From contig OZ024742.1 of the NCBI GenBank assembly GCA_964016885.1, forward strand, positions 65,348,001 to 65,412,000: a stretch of DNA of 64,000 bases, in the 5' to 3' direction. The notes beneath the pieces were generated by a model. The model was given only the letters and a program-made list of their open reading frames with translations, ran no database searches and was not told the DNA's origin. This document shows positions 58,822 through 64,000 of the stretch, in pieces. The first letter of the stretch is position 1. The number at the start of each line of letters is the position of its first letter. Source of the DNA: Eledone cirrhosa. Lineage: Eukaryota. The translations under genes and the position numbers were made by a program.

Positions 58822-59100
58822 TGTATGTATGTATGTATGTATGTATGTATGTATGTATGTATGTATGTATGTATACATGCATGCATGCATGCGTCCATGT
58901 ATGCATGCATGTATGCGTCCATGTATGCGTGAGTCTATGTATGCATGCGTCCATCTATGCATGCGTGTATGTATGCGTGTGAATATGTATGCGTGTATGT
59001 ATGCGTGTGAGTATGTATGTGTGTGAGTATGTATGCATGTGTGCGTGTGCATGTGCGTGTGCGCGCGCGTGTGTGTGTGTGTGTATGTGTGCGTGTGCGT

Positions 59101-59144
<44 letters not shown>

Positions 59145-59911
59145 TCTTCGGTAAAACAGAATAAAAAGGAGAAAGAAGATAATCAGAGAACAATGAGGAG
59201 AAATTGTGTGGGAAATGGCTGCCAGATGAATCTGAGATATACAGATTAGTTTTATCGATGGACATGTGTGGGTAATCCAGTGTATTACTGTTATCTGCAC
59301 GCAGTGGTGACAGAGTTTCTATGTGGTCATAGATCCTACTAGAAAGAGCAGCTCACTGCATATTCTAGTCTCTGATACATTGTCTAACTAAAAAATGGGA
59401 TGGTCACGACTGGATGAAATATGGGATGAAAAACTAAGCCAGAGCTCAGCAACAATTAATGTTTATTTTGTAGATTATCTCCACTTCGAAGCAGAAGAGT
59501 TGGGGGTAGGCAGACAACATACCAAAGACAGGGCTGTGTTTTATTTGTATATCTTAGTCTAAAGGAAGGGCAAAGGCTATGGTTCTAATAAGGGTCTTCG
59601 AAATAAGTGGAAGGGAAGTGCCAAATATCTATCAAATTATTCCTTACTGTCTTTAAAAAAATGGACACGTGTTTCAAGAATGATGGGAGGGTCATGGCTA
59701 GGTTTCCTAGATCAAGGCCGACCTAAGGCTAAACCTGTGATAGATTAGTTTCGTAACCAGTGTGGTTGCCTTATCTGAGACACACAACACTACCTGTGAA
59801 ATGTCAACCAATTACGAGATTCCGTGATCGATCTCATCGCATAGAGATGGCCAATGCCATGTCAGTGAAATTTGGTAGATGAAAATGTAAGGAAGTCTAT
59901 CAAACACACAC

Positions 59912-59955
<44 letters not shown>

Positions 59956-59957
<2 letters not shown>

Positions 59958-60121
59958 GTATTACCCGGCGTCGAAGACGCTACTTTTTCCTAAAACAAGT
60001 CTAAAAATCTACCATGCGTCCTGGAGGCCGAAGGTTGTTAATTATTTTTTTTCAAAGTTTTGGTTGTCAAAATTGGGGTGCGTCCTCGAGGACGGAACGT
60101 TTTCGGTGCCGGGAAATATGG
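59956..60121. mobile_element. Tc1/mariner-superfamily (Tc2/pogo-like) MITE
   Basis: TA|CCGTATTACCCGGCGTCGAAGACG ... CGTTTTCGGTGCCGGGAAATATGG|TA imperfect TIRs with TA TSD. Confidence 0.75.
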
Positions 60122-60743
60122 TATATATGCGTATATTGAACGTTTATGTCTCTAAAGGTACGTAACTTATCTGAATTTAATTCGATAAATAGGGATCGAC
60201 AAAATGTGCACAAGACTATGATTAACTAAAACCTTTGTAAGTAGTGCTCCAGCATGGTCGCAGCTAGGTTAAAAAAAAAAAAGAGACTAAAAGCCAGAAA
60301 TATATTTTTATATTCAGATATTCGGGTTTGGACTCAAAACATTGAGACTTACTTTGAGCAAAAATGTCTAAATGTCATAGTGTTTATTTCATCTTCAACA
60401 TAACGTAGCGAGAGAATCTCTATCAATCCACTCTACCGACCAGAACTAGCCGTGAAACCGTAATGTTTGTTGCTATTGTAGGGTTTCATTTGGCTCACAC
60501 ACTTACATAGATTCATCCGGCCTCCCATAAATTTGGATCTCATAGGAGGTTTCTTGGGTACTTTTATATTAGGCAGACCAGTCTTATCGTTTCATCATTT
60601 TCCCGGTGACAGGGAGAGAACGATTTGAACTAATAATTTCGCCGTAACCTTTGACGAAATAAAACTCCAATAATAACGGGACGTATACATTTTATACGTC
60701 TTGTTATTCTGGAGATTCGCCTGTTTACCAGTGTCATGAGACA

Positions 60744-60830
<87 letters not shown>

Positions 60831-61279
60831 TGTGTGTGTGGTAAAAATCGGTGGTTGTGGAAAAGGAAATGTAGTTCTAAATGTTCTGTATATAGAAAAA
60901 AAGTCAAATATCTTTAATCAGAGATCAAGACTGATTTGGTCTAAACAAGGATGCCACCGTATGTTCTTGTAGTTTTGTCATATTCATAGATGTATATTTG
61001 CTCATATATGTTAACTTCATTGAACCTTAAATGTCCCATATTTTATGCGGCTAGACAAATTTTGAAGTCGTGAGATTTATGCTTTCCCAAATACGGAAGT
61101 AAAGGGGGATAGAAACGGGTGTAACCTGGAATCCGAACAAAGCTATAAATTCATAAATTATAAATAAATTATTTCCCAACATGAACAAGGGAGAGAACTC
61201 TAGACCTTGATAAGAGTTTCCAATACTTATTTCATTACAGCAATGTTATTTTACATTACCTCACGTTTCAACCGAGTCT

Positions 61280-61428
61280 TTACACTCTGTGTTCAAATCT
61301 CGCCGAGGTCAATTTTGTCTTTCATCATCCCGGGGTCGATAAAATATTGTACCTGTTAAATACTAGGGTAGATCTAATTAATCTTCCCTTTCCCTAAATT
61401 GTTGGCCTTGTGCCTAAAATAGAAATCG
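61280..61428 (+). mobile_element. Old 5'-truncated family A SINE
   Basis: GTTCAAATCTCGCCGAGG..CGGGGTCGATAAAAT..GGCCTTGTGCCTAAAATAGAAA. Confidence 0.78.
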
Positions 61429-61842
61429 TATCTCACGTGTTTTGTAAACAAATATCGTTGGTTTCAGTTTCCTAACGGACCAATATGTGATTCACTATAT
61501 TTTTGATGGAGAGAGTGACAAAGGAGTTGGGAAATTCGGACGGAATATATACTATAAATTTACTAGTAATTTGTGCGACTCACCGGTTTTATCGGAAATT
61601 TTCCCGACGCTGTGTACAATCTTTCACCGAAATACACACTCTTGTGGCATGATTCGTACTTACCGTAATCCTAACAATAACATCTGATTATCCATTACTC
61701 CTATATAGTCGAGGTAACAAAGAAGCACATATGTTGTTGCTCAAAATAGCAGTAAATCGATAAATGTTATTATTACAGTCGTTTTCGAGGCAGGTGTTCA
61801 AAATACGTAAAAAAAAAAAAAACCATAGGAAAACCACACACA

Positions 61843-62007
61843 TTGAAATTCCGTTATAACGAAATTTACGGGGTATAAAAAATTCGTTGTAACGAAAAAT
61901 TCTTTATAACGAGATCGACCGAAACAAATCGAGCGTTTGTTTGTTATTACCTCGGGGATTTAAAAAAACTCGTTATAATGGTATTCGTTATAACGGAATT
62001 TTACATG
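61843..62007. mobile_element. pogo/Tigger-like MITE (copy of 9837-10040)
   Basis: GAAATTCCGTTATAACGAA / TTCGTTATAACGGAATTTTAC termini and the shared internal AACGAGATCGACCGAAACAAAT. Confidence 0.8.
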
Positions 62008-62699
62008 TATATATACATATATATATTAGCTTAGACCCGTAAAAATTACGGGAATTAAAGTAAAAAAACGTGTTTAATTGAATAATGGCTTGTTGACAAC
62101 ATTCTATGTAAAGATGCATGAATACCAGAGGTTTTCTTTACCTTTCCCTCTTGTCATTCCGGTTATCACCGTATTGCATTTTACATCCATTTGCATATTT
62201 TACATCCGGTCATGCGCATTTTCTTATATAATCATTATCAAACACATATATTCATTAAATTACAATTACTTTGTTCTTTTACCTATGTATCTGTTTATCT
62301 TTGGACTGCTACTAGGATTCGTGCTTTGTTATTATTGCTGTTGTCTGAAGATAGCTACATTGGTAAATATACATATATAGACATACGAAGAGCTAGACAG
62401 ATAGATATACTGACAGGTAAGTAGATAGATAAATAGGCAGATAGGGAGGTAGACAGGTAGAAAATTCTCACGACTAATCAATTTATTTTATTTCATCTAC
62501 TGTTTATACTCAATAGGTGTCGATGCAGACAACACTAGTTTCATCAACTTCTATTGCTTCATTTTATTTAACGTATGTAGGAGTGTCTGCTCGGTCAACC
62601 AAATAATCAATTTATCCGTGACAGAACCAGGAAACTTTTCACAGATGATAATACACACTCACACGTATGCATGTGAAATAAGTTTAGTTTATTTAGAGC

Positions 62700-63130
62700 A
62701 AACATAATCTTTCTCAGTTGTAAACTTCAATATATTTAACACCAGCCTGCCCCAAACTGCTTCCTGTTTTATGAAACAAAACCACCCGTTTTAGAAGATT
62801 CCTATTTAAATTAAAACCTTTGAACATATTTTTAACATAACGTTTTGTTAAGCGCTGTTATAGATACCAATTTAATTATAAAATAATCAATAAATTTAGG
62901 AAAACCATCCAGATTCTTTATTAATAAATTTACATACAGTGTAAAGGGATACAATTTAAATTTAGCTGGGCTAAAATTATAACACCAACTGAAGATATAC
63001 AATATTGTTATTATATGATTATATTGTGAAATATGTATTTTTCGTTTTATTTTTCGTTTTTATTAGTTCCAGTTATTTATTTCAATTAGGCACTTGTTTT
63101 ACCAATCTTTATTTGTCGCTCCGCTAAGTT
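62700..63130 (+). mobile_element. Probable Penelope-like element 3' remnant
   Basis: Decayed peptides TTRFRR, FVKRCY and FFINKFTYSVKGYNLNL (GIY-YIG C-terminal GYN motif). Immediately after comes CTGAAGA tat ACAATAT..ATATTGT GAAA T-ATGT-A TT (62989-63039). Confidence 0.45.
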
Positions 63131-63255
63131 ACGAGAGACAAAAGAACACAACATATATATAGAAACACAAACACATGTAAAAACATACACATATAAACGT
63201 ATGTGTATATTTGTGAATAGAGTAAGAGACACGATTCACAACAAAGCTTGAGTGG

Positions 63256-63350
<95 letters not shown>

Positions 63351-63785
63351 AAAGGTAAACAGAAATAACAACACAATCGGTACAGTATATGGAAGGAATA
63401 TTTTAGGTTAACGCTTGAAATAGCAGGAAGAGGGTCTTAACGTTTTGGTCTTAATAAGATAGATTGAAAGGGACGGGCGGGTTGGAATTGGAAAGCAGTG
63501 ACATATAGAGGTATTTAAGTTTCGTTGGGTTATAAACCTCAACACATTCAGATTGTTATAAAAAGAGGCTGAATCAGTTGATGTGTTTAACCCAAGTATC
63601 TGTATAAACCAAATATCTGTAACTTAAGTATCTGTATATGTCACTGTTGTAACTAATTAAACTTAACTCGTCCGATGGACTGAGTGCTCTTACCCTTGGA
63701 TATTTCTACCAAACTATTACTAGACTATATATATATATATATATATATAATATAAGATCAAAAGATGGTTAAAGGAGTTCCATGT

Positions 63786-63854
63786 ATTTTATTATGCGCA
63801 TTTCAAAAACAAACATCATCATGCAATAATATTTGTGTTTTCATCAGATAAAAC
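63786..63854 (-). ncRNA. Minimal type-I hammerhead ribozyme motif with intact core
   Basis: Reverse complement reads GTTTTAT CTGATGA AAACACAAATATTATT-gcat-GATGATGTTTGTTTTT GAAA T-GCGC-A TA ATAAAAT. Stem I is 7 bp, stem II is long, and the GCGC tetraloop is palindromic. It lies about 35 bp from a (TA)n tract. Confidence 0.78.
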
Positions 63855-64000
63855 AGGAGAACATGATATGAAGGCCAAAAGACACTTGTGGATAGTGCAG
63901 TTTTAAATCAACATATCATGGATATTTTGATCTTATATTATGTATACTCCAGTCCTACAAACTGTAGAGTGCTTCTTATCCGATATCTGCATTGCTTTAT

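Noticed and set aside
62024-62382. Helentron/DINE-like element (CCCGT..ACGGG hairpin start, TATATAGA end)
   Set aside because: Only short terminal hints and no second copy in the window to confirm.
62410-62423. CAG|GTAAGT on the plus strand as a recursive splice site (also near 21950)
   Set aside because: No polypyrimidine tract; one lies in a GATA/GGTA-type repeat and the other inside an RTE LINE.

Overview
Eukaryotic, very AT-rich, repeat-saturated non-coding DNA. The SINE repertoire, RTE/CR1/CRE/Vingi LINE remnants and giant (TA)n tracts look like a cephalopod (Octopus-like) genome; this is inferred from recalled repeat sequences, not from a search. No intact host protein-coding gene is visible, and nearly all long ORFs in the track are microsatellite or minisatellite read-throughs. 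Supported content: many copies of tRNA-derived SINEs of several families, decayed LINEs (two RTE/Expander-like, one other RTE-like, one CR1-like, one CRE-like, one Ingi/Vingi-like), a mariner remnant, several MITEs, multi-kb (TA)n arrays and a 5.2-kb 21-bp minisatellite. Three signals stand out. (1) Short units embedded in (TA)n tracts repeatedly carry minimal type-I hammerhead ribozyme motifs and/or long fold-back inversions, probably Penelope-like-element (PLE) termini or non-autonomous derivatives. (2) A hAT element with an 8-bp TSD carries a ~470-bp palindrome containing two convergent tRNA-like Pol III units. (3) A consensus recursive-splice (AG|GTAAGT) site on the minus strand suggests the window lies inside a very long intron. 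All coordinates were read by eye and may be off by a few bases.
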